NCBI GenBank assembly: GCA_964412315.1
Contig: CAYPON010000002.1
Span: forward strand, 1 to 37,547
Length of the DNA stretch: 37,547 nucleotides
Origin: an uncultured Anaerolineae bacterium
Lineage (GTDB): Bacteria > Chloroflexota > Anaerolineae > JAAYEA01
Direction of reading: 5' to 3'
Positions 1-9,300 of this stretch are shown piece by piece. The translations under genes were made by a program, and so were the position numbers. Every line of letters begins with the position of its first letter. Within the stretch, counting starts at the first letter, position 1. The notes under the pieces were generated by a model. The model did no database searches. It had not been told where the DNA came from and saw only the letters and a program-made list of their open reading frames with translations.

Positions 1-361
1 CTTCCACATTCACTGTCACAAACACATCCTCTTTGACGACCGAGATGTGGTTCAGGAGTTCAAGCGCATCTATACCCAACTCCAACTCGCCAATGGTTTT
101 CCAGGCGACCTGGGCGCTGGAGAGCGCGGAAGCGAACTCGTTGCGGGCAGCAATTAGCTCTTCAGCGGAGGTCTTCGTGCCTGTCGGCGAGAAGAGGGGG
201 TCCGATGCGACCACTTGCAGCCGCACGGTTGCCCGATAGACCGGCGGTTCCGTAGCCACCATGGCAACGATAATACCGATGGTAACGACCATGAGCAGCA
301 GGATAAGCCACAAGCGTTTCCGAATCACGCGAAAATAAGTCACAAATTCGTTCGCATCCAT
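1..361 (-). CDS. Wzz/PCP-type polysaccharide chain-length determinant protein, N-terminal part only (gene continues past the left edge)
   Basis: Absent from the ORF track because it is open-ended. The reverse-complement frame from ATG 361..359 reads MDANEFVTYFRVIRKRLWLILLLMVVTIGIIVAMVATEPPVYRATVRLQVVASDP... with no stop down to position 1. It has a short N-terminus, one TM helix, then PVYRATxxLxV as in Wzz/PCP N-terminal domains. An alternative GTG start at 343..341 would make a GTGA overlap with the upstream stop (342..340). Confidence 0.6.
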   Translation of the reverse strand, partial: MDANEFVTYFRVIRKRLWLILLLMVVTIGIIVAMVATEPPVYRATVRLQVVASDPLFSPTGTKTSAEELIAARNEFASALSSAQVAWKTIGELELGIDALELLNHISVVKEDVFVTVNVE

Positions 362-1581
362 TCATCTTTTCCTTTCTTGGCAAGGCAATGGCCTGATAGG
401 GTCAAGGTGATAAGTTCCGAGATCCTTTCCACTCGATCGCCCCATGTATTGTGCGAGGCGAATTCCTGACGACGGCGAATGAGGGCGGCATCGCACTCGG
501 CCAGGGCCTCGCACACCTGCTGACAGAAAGCCTGCTCGTTTTCGGCGATATAGATGAGGCCAGGACTGAAGCCGCGCACCGCAGGGATCGCGGTGGAGAC
601 GACAGGCTTGCCTGCGGCCAGATATTCGTACAATTTGAGCGGATTGATGTGAGCCGTCCACTCGTTTAGCTTATAGGGCATTAAGCAAACCTGACATGCA
701 TGAACGTAACGAGGCACTTCCGACACCGGCTTGGCTCCCAATAGGTGAACGTTCGGCAGTTCCAACTTATGTAAGCCCGTAAAGTCCAGACGCAAATCCA
801 CCGGGCCGACCAGGATGAGCGAGCCGGAGGCGCACGTTTCGGCCACGCGGCGGAGCAGATCGTAATCCAATTTCTCGTTTACGGCCCCGATGTAACCGAT
901 GATTGGCTTGGGCAGCCCGGCCAGATCAGCGGGAGGCTCCGCGTTGCGCAGGGATTCGGAAGCGAAAGCCTCGTAATCTACCCCGTTGGGAACCCAATGC
1001 ATATTCGCATTATAAGCTCGCTTGCGCTCCAGTAAAGAAGCGGAGGTAACGATGACCAGATCGGCGGCCTGGAGCAGTGCGTGCTCGCTCCGCTCGACGC
1101 TGGCACGACGGCTTTCGCTATAGATCGTCGTGAATTCAGCCTCGTAAGCCGCGTACTCATCCACGATGTGGTAAATCACCAACTTTTCGCCAAACCTCCC
1201 CACAAGATCGCCCATGTTGGGCCGGTACAGCCACAGGATTGGCGATCGGAAACCTAACCGCCACATGGTGTTTTTCATTTGCGTCTCGCGCAGCCACCGG
1301 AATAAGGTGTTGAGAGGGAAGCGACCGCTGATCGGTGCGTAAGCCGGCGGGTGATAAACCCACAGATTCCCTCGCACCTGGGTCACCAGCGGCGTCCCGA
1401 AGTCGGCCCAACTGATTCTCCCCTCGCGCCAATCTCGCCAAACACCCCTCAAGTAAGGGCGAGGCTCGACGAAAAGAACTTTGTTGCGGGCGGCCAGGCG
1501 AGACATGATTTGATGGCGATTTCGCCAGATATGTTGCCACTTTTCGGGCGCAAAGCAAAGTATGCTCTCACCCTCGATCAT
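340..1581 (-). CDS. Glycosyltransferase family 1 (GT-B fold, GT4/TuaH-like)
   Basis: 413-aa ORF. The C-terminal half has GT1 signatures (IIGYIGAVNEKLDYDLL; EX7E-type PLKLYEYLAAGKPVV). ATGA start/stop overlap with the upstream GT1 at 1578..1581. Confidence 0.85.
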   Translation of the reverse strand: MIEGESILCFAPEKWQHIWRNRHQIMSRLAARNKVLFVEPRPYLRGVWRDWREGRISWADFGTPLVTQVRGNLWVYHPPAYAPISGRFPLNTLFRWLRETQMKNTMWRLGFRSPILWLYRPNMGDLVGRFGEKLVIYHIVDEYAAYEAEFTTIYSESRRASVERSEHALLQAADLVIVTSASLLERKRAYNANMHWVPNGVDYEAFASESLRNAEPPADLAGLPKPIIGYIGAVNEKLDYDLLRRVAETCASGSLILVGPVDLRLDFTGLHKLELPNVHLLGAKPVSEVPRYVHACQVCLMPYKLNEWTAHINPLKLYEYLAAGKPVVSTAIPAVRGFSPGLIYIAENEQAFCQQVCEALAECDAALIRRRQEFASHNTWGDRVERISELITLTLSGHCLAKKGKDEWMRTNL

Positions 1582-2657
1582 CTTTCGCGTCCCTCGTGCT
1601 TTTTCCTGCCTTCGTGTTCCAGGGTTCCCGCATACGCCTGCAAGTGCTGTCGCGCGATTACGCGCCAGTCAAGCTCTCGCGCCAGAGCGAAAGCTTCTGC
1701 GCTGGCAGAAACGAGGTCAAACTGGCGCGCCTGTCGCAGGGCGTTCAACAGAGCATGTGGGTCCTGCGCATTATACAGCAAGCCGCGCCGCTCGCCTACC
1801 AACTGCGGAAAGTCGCCGAGGCGGGGCACGATCACAGGTTTGCCGAAAGAAAAGGCTAGTATCGCCGCTCCCGAGGTCGTGGCGTGAAGATAGGGCAGGA
1901 CGCAGACATCAGACGCATTCATGAAATACTGTATCTCCTCCGGCGGCACATAAGCAAGACTGAGGATCACCCGTTCATCCTGGGCCGCCAGAGCCTTGAT
2001 GCGTTCCCCATATGCCGGGTCGTGCACATGGCCGGCGATGATCAGCTTGCAGTCGCGCCCCGGCAGCCGCCCGAAAGCCTTCAGCAACTCCTCGATTCCC
2101 TTATAGGGGCGGATTTGCCCCAGGGCGAGGTATACAAAGGTCTGTTGCGGGATACCGAACCTCGCCCGCGCTTCCTCCCTGGAGCAGGTGTTGGGATACG
2201 ACATATAGTTGCCATGCGGGATGACTACGAGGCTCCGCTGGCAACCGAATCGCTCCGCCACAGCCGCCCGTGTGCGCTCGTCATGGACGTGGACAATATC
2301 CGCCACTTTGAAGAGAAGGGCGTTTGCCGTCCTGTTGAGGAGCGAGTAGCGCCCCTCATGTTGCTCCAGATTATGAACCGTATAGGCGATACGGGCACTT
2401 GCGAGTTTGGCCAATCCCAGGCCGCTGATGAAGCGGAGCCACTTCCGCCAGGCACCCCGCCAGGTGTTGGAAGCATAAAGCAACTCCGTCCAATGGAGAT
2501 GCAGCACATCTATCTCCCGCCGTTTCCGCCAGAGCCAGCAGGGGGAAAGATCATCTCGGATAGTGCAGGTGACTCCTGGGGCGATTTGCTCCATGGCGGC
2601 GGCCAGCAAGGTAACGTAGGGATTCATTTGCACGCGCGAGACAAAGACAACGTTCAA
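1578..2657 (-). CDS. Glycosyltransferase family 1 (GT-B fold, GT4-like)
   Basis: GT1 C-terminal domain (FVYLALGQIRPYKGIEELL, ...VCVLPYLHATTSGAAILAFSFGKPVIV). The track ORF start (2732) would overlap the flippase gene by 79 nt. An in-frame TTG at 2657..2655 gives M-NVVFVSRV (a typical GT first beta-strand) and a TTGA overlap with the flippase stop. AAGAGG lies just upstream. Confidence 0.85.
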   Translation of the reverse strand: MNVVFVSRVQMNPYVTLLAAAMEQIAPGVTCTIRDDLSPCWLWRKRREIDVLHLHWTELLYASNTWRGAWRKWLRFISGLGLAKLASARIAYTVHNLEQHEGRYSLLNRTANALLFKVADIVHVHDERTRAAVAERFGCQRSLVVIPHGNYMSYPNTCSREEARARFGIPQQTFVYLALGQIRPYKGIEELLKAFGRLPGRDCKLIIAGHVHDPAYGERIKALAAQDERVILSLAYVPPEEIQYFMNASDVCVLPYLHATTSGAAILAFSFGKPVIVPRLGDFPQLVGERRGLLYNAQDPHALLNALRQARQFDLVSASAEAFALARELDWRVIARQHLQAYAGTLEHEGRKKHEGRER

Positions 2658-4183
2658 ATCGCCTCTTTTCCTTGCCACTTGGCGCTGAGCCGAGAGAGCC
2701 ACTCTCTCCCACGCTGTTGCCCCTCTCGCCATGACGACCGGGCCAGATTGCGGAATTCAGCGTCTATCAGCCAGGTCAGCAACCCATATACCCCAAACAT
2801 CACCAGGCCCGCCAAAGGCAGGGCGATGATCACCGGCCTGCGCCAGGCGAGATCAAAGAAAAGATAAGGATAGACCAGCTTGGCGGCTGTCACCGCGATC
2901 AGCGAATTGGTGAAGATGGGGAGGAGCATCCGCAGAAAATCGCCTGTCGGCAGACCGACGAGACGATTGGTCAATACCATCGAGAGGAAAAAGTCCAGCA
3001 CGGCCACAACTGCGGAGAGCGCGCTGACGCCGACAATCCCATAGTATCGCGTGGCGGGGTAAAGGCCGATCACCATCACCGCCAGGCGCAAGATGGCAAT
3101 GCCCACCAGCCAGTGGGGCTTCCCGCCTGCCTTGAACACATTGCCCATATTGGCCGCTATCGAGCGCATGAGGCCATAGACCCCCAGGAGTTGCAAGGGC
3201 AGGATGGCCGGCGCCCAGGTCTTGCCATAGACGCCGTTGATGAAATCGCTGGCGAAAGCGATGATACAAATCGCTGCTGGCACGGCGACTAAAGACGCAT
3301 AACGGGTCGTCTTCAGGTAAATATCGCGCAGTATCTCGAGATTATCTTGAACCTTAGAAAAGGCCGGGAAAGTCACCTGGCCCACCAGGCGCGTGATTTG
3401 TGTCGCCGGCAAGTTCGAGGTTTTGTAAGCGAAACCATAATAGCCCAGTTGGGTAGGTCCCAACAGTTTGCTCACGAAGGCGTCGTCTGTGTTGGTGATT
3501 AAAAAGACGAGCACATGGCTGCCCACGATACTCTTGCCGTAGCTGAACATCTCCCTGGCGGTCTGCCAATGAAAGCGCCACCTGGGCCGCCAGGGGCAGA
3601 CGAACCAGATCACTGTCGCGGCCAGGGTCGCCTCGAACAGATAGCCGGACACGAGGCTCCATACGCCCAGCCGGGCCACAGCAAGGGTGATGGAAAGGAT
3701 AGCCCCTCCCAAAGCCCCAACCATCTCAGGGACAATCTTGCGCCGGAAATTCAGATCCTTGGCCAGGAGGATGGTCGGCACCTGGCCGATGGAGGATATG
3801 ACCATCGTCAGGGCTAGCACGCGCAGCACAGGGACGGCTTGTGCAACAGAGGAAGCGTCCTTGCTGACCAGGCTCATCAACGGCTCGGCGGCGAAAAGGG
3901 CGACCAGATAGAGCAGCGCGCTGCTCAAAACGATCGCTGTGAAGGCGGTGTCCGCTGCCTTTTCCAGGTCATCTCGCCGATAGATGAGGGCCGAGCCGAA
4001 TCCCAACTCTCGGAAAAGTTCCAAAGCCGCAATGCCCAAAAACGCGACTTGCACCAGGCCGAAGTCGGCAGGGAGGAGGAGCTTGGCCAGGATCAACATC
4101 TGAAGGGCAGAGAACGCCTTGGTTACTACAGTAGCTACCCCCACCCAGAAAACGCTTATGGCTGTTTGACGTTTGACGGCCAT
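2654..4183 (-). CDS. Wzx-like oligosaccharide/polysaccharide flippase (MOP superfamily, polysaccharide biosynthesis protein)
   Basis: 509-aa ORF, hydrophobic throughout (about 12-14 helices). The N-terminus VFWVGVATVVTKAFSALQMLILAKLLLPADFGLVQVAF..LGFGSALIYRRD is characteristic of Wzx/RfbX-type proteins. GAGG lies upstream of the ATG. Confidence 0.85.
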   Translation of the reverse strand: MAVKRQTAISVFWVGVATVVTKAFSALQMLILAKLLLPADFGLVQVAFLGIAALELFRELGFGSALIYRRDDLEKAADTAFTAIVLSSALLYLVALFAAEPLMSLVSKDASSVAQAVPVLRVLALTMVISSIGQVPTILLAKDLNFRRKIVPEMVGALGGAILSITLAVARLGVWSLVSGYLFEATLAATVIWFVCPWRPRWRFHWQTAREMFSYGKSIVGSHVLVFLITNTDDAFVSKLLGPTQLGYYGFAYKTSNLPATQITRLVGQVTFPAFSKVQDNLEILRDIYLKTTRYASLVAVPAAICIIAFASDFINGVYGKTWAPAILPLQLLGVYGLMRSIAANMGNVFKAGGKPHWLVGIAILRLAVMVIGLYPATRYYGIVGVSALSAVVAVLDFFLSMVLTNRLVGLPTGDFLRMLLPIFTNSLIAVTAAKLVYPYLFFDLAWRRPVIIALPLAGLVMFGVYGLLTWLIDAEFRNLARSSWREGQQRGREWLSRLSAKWQGKEAI

Positions 4184-4193
4184 TTTCGATACC

Positions 4194-4889
4194 TCATCCG
4201 CCTTCTTTTCGCCCCACCAATACGAAATCTCGCGCGAAAAGAGAAGGCCATTTGTGTGCCAGCCAGGTATATATGTCGCGGATAGCCGGCCAGCGCAGCA
4301 AAGTAGGATAGAACTCCTTCACCCACAAGCTGGCGCTGCCATCCCTCTCCAGGACTTTGATCCCTCGTCGCTTGAGCAGTTCCTCGGCCTCGCGGATCGT
4401 GAAAAAACGCAGATGAGTCAAATCCGTGGGCGAGTTCCGCATGTACGGGAACCTGCCGAAAAGAATCCACAGACGGCAGCGCCAATGAGCGACATTAGGC
4501 AAGCAAAGCAAGAATTTGCCTCCCTTGCGCAGGACGCGCACACATTCATCCAGGGAGCGGTCGAAGAAGAAGCGGTGTTCGATCGCCGAGTTAGAGACGA
4601 CGGTCTCGAACGTTTCACCGGCAAAGGGGAGAGCCTCCGTGTCCAGATCCACCTGAGTGACCTCGAACCCTTTGGCGCGGGCGCGGTCCACAGCCACCGC
4701 CGATAGATCAGTGCCCACAACTGTAGCGCCTCGTTCGCGCATCATCTCGGCCAGCACGCCAGGGCCACAATCCACTTCCAGGACGTTCTCTCCCGGCCCG
4801 ATCCGCTCGGCGATAAGGCGCAGCCGCGCCAGGTCAAAAGTATCACCCATTTTGCGCCAATAAGCATCATAATACTCGGCGAGATTCAC
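4194..4889 (-). CDS. Class I SAM-dependent methyltransferase
   Basis: SAM-binding motif I VLEVDCGPGVLA, followed by an acidic residue after beta-2 (VVGTDLS). GTG start in a GTGA overlap with the stop of the upstream radical SAM gene (4886..4889). Confidence 0.85.
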   Translation of the reverse strand: MNLAEYYDAYWRKMGDTFDLARLRLIAERIGPGENVLEVDCGPGVLAEMMRERGATVVGTDLSAVAVDRARAKGFEVTQVDLDTEALPFAGETFETVVSNSAIEHRFFFDRSLDECVRVLRKGGKFLLCLPNVAHWRCRLWILFGRFPYMRNSPTDLTHLRFFTIREAEELLKRRGIKVLERDGSASLWVKEFYPTLLRWPAIRDIYTWLAHKWPSLFARDFVLVGRKEGG

Positions 4890-6307
4890 TTGGTCGCGCT
4901 CCTGATATGCACGCGCATCTGTAGGGGTTTCAGAACCCTCTGGATGCCAGTGCGCAGCCTGTTAAGCAGCCGGTATAGACGGTATCTCAACGGGCTTCTC
5001 TTTTTCAAAAACAGCTCTTTCTTTAGCTCCTGGAAGCGATCATAGCCGCGTGCCAATTCCTCACGCGAGAGGGTGGGCAACTGCAAGATGCTCTCCCGCT
5101 CATAATAGCCGGTCAGGGTTTCTCCCTCCCGCAGATAACCTTCCCGCACGCTGACCTCGTATAATTCTGTCATGGGATATGGGTAGAAAACCGAGAACTG
5201 GAACTTGTCGGGGACAAGCTCGCGATTCAAGGCGATGGTCTCCTCGATCATTTCAGGCGTTTCCTCTGGAATGCCGATCATATTACAAGTATAGGTCTGA
5301 ATCCTATAGCGGTGCAACAGGTGAAAGGCACGCCGGAAATCGTCATTAGACATCTGCCGTTTCAGGATTTTGTTGCGCAGCCACTCATTGCCGGACTCTA
5401 CCCCGATGCGGACACCCTGGCATCCAGCCTCGGCCAACATGCGAACGAGGTCTTCGTCCAAACATTCCACGCGGGTGTTGATCCAGAAAGGCAGGGAAAA
5501 CTCGGCGCGATAAGCGCGGCAGAATTCCTCCGTCCAGCGGCGATCCAGGGTAAAGGTGTCGTCCTGAAAGTTCAGGGAGGCGACATGATACCGTTCCTGA
5601 AGCGAACGTACCTCTGCCAAAAGGTTGGAAACTCCCCGAAAGCGCACATATTTGCCCAAGCCTCTGTACCGCTTTTTCAGAGCGGGATTGCAGCAATAAG
5701 AACAGCTATAAGGGCAGCCTCGCCCGGCTATCATGTCCGCCTGGTAGCCATTCTGTTCCAGTATCTCCGCGTAGCCGAACAGCTCGCGGTCGGGAAAGGG
5801 CAGCACGTCCAGGTTGGTAATCAGGGGGCGCAAGGGATTTCGCATGATCTCGTCGCTCTTCTTATCGCGCACCCAAAGGTTCTGGATGTGCAGGATGCTT
5901 TTTCCGTTGGTCAGGGCATTGGCCAGATCCAAGAGCGGGTACTCCCCTTCGCCCACGCAGACAGCATCCAAATTCCTGTCGGCGATGACCTGCTCTGGAA
6001 CCAACGTGGGATGCACTCCACCCGCTATTGCAAAGGGAGCAGGATTCGCTTCCTTGAGCCAGGCGGCGCAACGGACGATAAAGGGGTGTTGGTGCGTCGT
6101 CGAGGAGAAAGCCACTACGTCGGGCGAGGCCGCCGCGATGTCGCGCAGGAACTCCTCACGAGAAGGCTCCTTTTGCAGGTAGATCAGGCGGGTCTCGAAA
6201 CCTGCCTGTTTCAGGACACTGGAAAGATAGCCGATGCCATGGTAGAACTTTTTGCTTCCGTAGTGCTCGACACCGCCGATGTCTGGATACACAAAGCAGA
6301 TGCGCAT
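4886..6307 (-). CDS. B12-binding-domain radical SAM protein (class B architecture)
   Basis: 473 aa. The N-terminal flavodoxin-like domain (MRICFVYPDIG.., VVAFSSTTHQ, AIAGGVHPTL) is followed by the CX3CX2C cluster motif GRGCPYSCSYCCN and a TIM-barrel-like core (GVRIGVESGN). Confidence 0.85.
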   Translation of the reverse strand: MRICFVYPDIGGVEHYGSKKFYHGIGYLSSVLKQAGFETRLIYLQKEPSREEFLRDIAAASPDVVAFSSTTHQHPFIVRCAAWLKEANPAPFAIAGGVHPTLVPEQVIADRNLDAVCVGEGEYPLLDLANALTNGKSILHIQNLWVRDKKSDEIMRNPLRPLITNLDVLPFPDRELFGYAEILEQNGYQADMIAGRGCPYSCSYCCNPALKKRYRGLGKYVRFRGVSNLLAEVRSLQERYHVASLNFQDDTFTLDRRWTEEFCRAYRAEFSLPFWINTRVECLDEDLVRMLAEAGCQGVRIGVESGNEWLRNKILKRQMSNDDFRRAFHLLHRYRIQTYTCNMIGIPEETPEMIEETIALNRELVPDKFQFSVFYPYPMTELYEVSVREGYLREGETLTGYYERESILQLPTLSREELARGYDRFQELKKELFLKKRSPLRYRLYRLLNRLRTGIQRVLKPLQMRVHIRSATK

Positions 6308-6320
6308 GGTCCCCCGTCCC

Positions 6321-9300
6321 TTACCTTTTCAGGATAGGTAGATAGACTCGGTGAATGAAAGGTGTCGCCGTTGGCGTCTCTGTTGCTGTGACTTTGGGAG
6401 TGCGGGTTGTGGTTGGCGTTCCCATCTCTGTAGGAGATGCCGTCGGCGTATTTGACGGCCTGGGTGTCCGTGTGGGTGTCATTGTATCAGTAGGCGTGGG
6501 GGTTAGCGTCCCCGTGAGAGTTGGCGTCGCCGTGGGTAGCCGGCACAGCCCAACATCGAACACCAAATCCGGCGGCACATAGCGTACAGATCCCCAAGAC
6601 GTTGTTGCCTTATAGCCGTCGGGTATAACCACCAGCACGGCATATTGGCCGCTCGCCAAACTATCGAATCTATATCGCCCGTCGGCCTGAGTGGTGTAAC
6701 GGCCCACCTCCTGGGCGACACCGGGGATGCGCAAGATAACCTCGACCCCCTCCAGAGGAGGCTCGCCCGCATCCTGCTCCCCGTTCCTGTTTCGATCCTC
6801 CCAGATGATACCGTAGGCAGAAGAAATGCTGCGCGTGGGTGTTGCCGTGAACGTCGCAGTCGGTGTGGGTGTTGCTGATGGGAGCGGCGTGGCCGTCGGC
6901 GACGTCGTCGCCGATTCCGTCGCTGTTGGCGTCGCCGTCGCCGTGGGTGTAGGCTCAGGTGTACCTGTGCCAGTGGGCGTCGCCGTTAGGGTGCGCGTCG
7001 CTGTGGCGGTCGGGGTTGGAGAAGGCGTGGCTACGATATAGATGATCTCCAGCCTGGGCCTTTGCGCCGGGTTCAACCGATATTCGGAAGTATGGAACTG
7101 ATAAGAGCCGGTGCCGCTCCCTTTCAGCAAGATACCCCGGTTTTCCTGGCGATGATCGGCCCAGTATTGCACCAGGCCCCGCACATTGAAGCGGTACTCG
7201 CGGTTCGCGGCGTTAATACGGCGTGTGTCGGAAGGGATGCCTAAACGGTCAGAGGTGGTGTCCTCGCAGCCGGGCAGCCCCCAGCGAACTCCCTGCCGTG
7301 CATATTGCCAATTCGCCTCCATCTCTTCCCACGGGCGGAGAACACGGTGGGCTTTTAGATCGAGATCCCCATCGCCCCAGGCGGTGGTCAGATAAAGATG
7401 AGCAGCATGGACCAAAAGGGGCGAGGGGAGCGAAGATATATCAAACTTGATCAGGGCGGAGCGGTTGCCGCCACTTAGAAACACCATTTCGTCGGAGCCA
7501 AAGTTCACACTCGGCTGGTATTGGACTATATAGGTGTCCGCCGTGCCGGAATAGCCATCAAAGCCTTCCTGGAAACGCACTGTCACCGGTTCGATAGAAC
7601 CACCGGAAGTGATGGTCAGGTGGAAATGGCGGGGGTCGTTCTGGCCCTCCATCCTCACTGTGAGCAGCCCGTCGCTGGGGACCACTTGAAAGCGCTCGAA
7701 TTCTCCGCTCTCATCCTCGTAAAGCTCGACGGTGTATGTAGCGTGCGGGTTCAGCCCCATGCGATACAGGTTGAAAGTCAGCCGCACGGCATACCAGGGA
7801 GGCCTGGTCCGGTACGGATCGTTGATGTCGTCAAGGACATCCACCCAGATGCTGCCGATGCTCGGATCATAGCGGGCCTCTACCTCTGTCCAATGCGCTC
7901 TTGTGGTTAGCCCGCTTCCAAGAAATTGCTCGATCAACAGCCAGTAATACTCCTTAGTGGCCTCATCATTGCGGATGTGAAGGTCATGAGGCGGATCCTC
8001 TTGCAGAACATATTGACCTAGAAAGTCGAGTATACCATCGGGAGAGCGTCTCTGCATGTCGTTGCCGGGGAAATCGTCGTTGTGTCCCCCTGGGTATTCA
8101 TAGAAAACGACATCCTCGGCTCTATAATGCCTTAGCGCATCATAAAGCTGCCGTCCATGATTCACGGATACGATAGCATCTGAAGTGGGATGCGTGATGC
8201 AAATAGGTACATGCTTCAGGTTTTGCGCCATGTGTCGGCTGGAGCGGCGCTGATACTCGAAGGGCCTCAGGTTGGGATCGCCGATCTCCGTCCAGAGCAC
8301 AGAGCGATAGGAGGATCCTTCCGGGTGCTCATAATACCATTCGGCCAGATCGGTAGGCCCCCTCTCCTCCGCCACAGCCGCGAAGACATCGGGATGTTTG
8401 GCCGCTACGGCGGCGGCGATGCCAGCGCCCATAGAGACCCCCGTGATGTAAACGCGCCGGCGATCCACGGCGTAACGGTCTTGCATGTAGTGGAGCAATC
8501 GAATGATATCCCTTTGGATGTCCAGGCTCGCACTATGGTGCCCCAGGATTTGGGGGGCTACCAGCAGCCAACCGTGTTCGTTGGCGGCCATAGCGTAGTG
8601 ATATAAAGTGTTTGCGGAAGCGGCGGCAGCGTCGAAAGACCAGCCATGTAAAACGATCAGCAAAGGCACCGGCATATCGGGGGAATAGCCTATGGGAACC
8701 TGCACTTTGGCCTGCAAGGTGTATGGCGGACGCTCCCCGTAGGAAATATCCTCCCACCTGGGGCCGACCACAGCGCCAATGAGGCGAATCTTGATATTGG
8801 TCGCCGTCCATCCATCCCAGTAGGCACCGTCGTTCGTGATGCGGATGGTGTTCCAGCCGTTGATCAGAATATTAGGATTGAGTTGCCAAGTCTTGGTGCT
8901 TCTGCTGTCGCAGTAGGAGCCACCCACGTTCCTGAAGGATTTTCCTACCAACTGGTTGTTCACGTAAATGCTATGCTCGTAGTCAACGTTCGCCTCGTCC
9001 ATGACCAGCACGGCTGACCAGGGTGTGCCCTGCCAAAAGAGGAGCACTCGCATCTGATCGTCGTGTAATCCTGTGCCGGCGCCGATGCAGCTCCCCACAG
9101 AGGAGGTGATGATGTTGAGATTCTCCGGCGTCGGCGTAGCTGTCGGCGTGAAAGTGGGGGTTGGCGTATGAAGCGGAGGCGCACCTTCATAGGTGACGAC
9201 CAGCCGTGGCCGCTGCGCTTGAAGCAAGACATCGGAAGCAGCGAAGCAGTAACCGGTAGTCTGTCCCGGCAAACTTGATCCTATGAAGATCAAGCCCTGG

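Noticed and set aside
33-383. Small ORFs 33-239 (+) and 162-383 (-) at the left edge.
   Set aside because: A third, open-ended minus-strand frame through the same DNA encodes a convincing Wzz-like N-terminus with a TM helix. The two listed ORFs have no features of real proteins.
1546-1556. A third copy of the family A repeat motif (gggcgcaaagc) in the GT1 gene.
   Set aside because: Only a 9-nt match, with no palindromic partner and no second motif. Most likely chance.
6360-7031. Repetitive ggtgt/ggcgt DNA that could be mistaken for a tandem repeat or CRISPR-like array.
   Set aside because: There is no repeat/spacer periodicity. It is the antisense of ACN-CCN codons encoding the Pro/Thr linkers of the 1208-aa protein.
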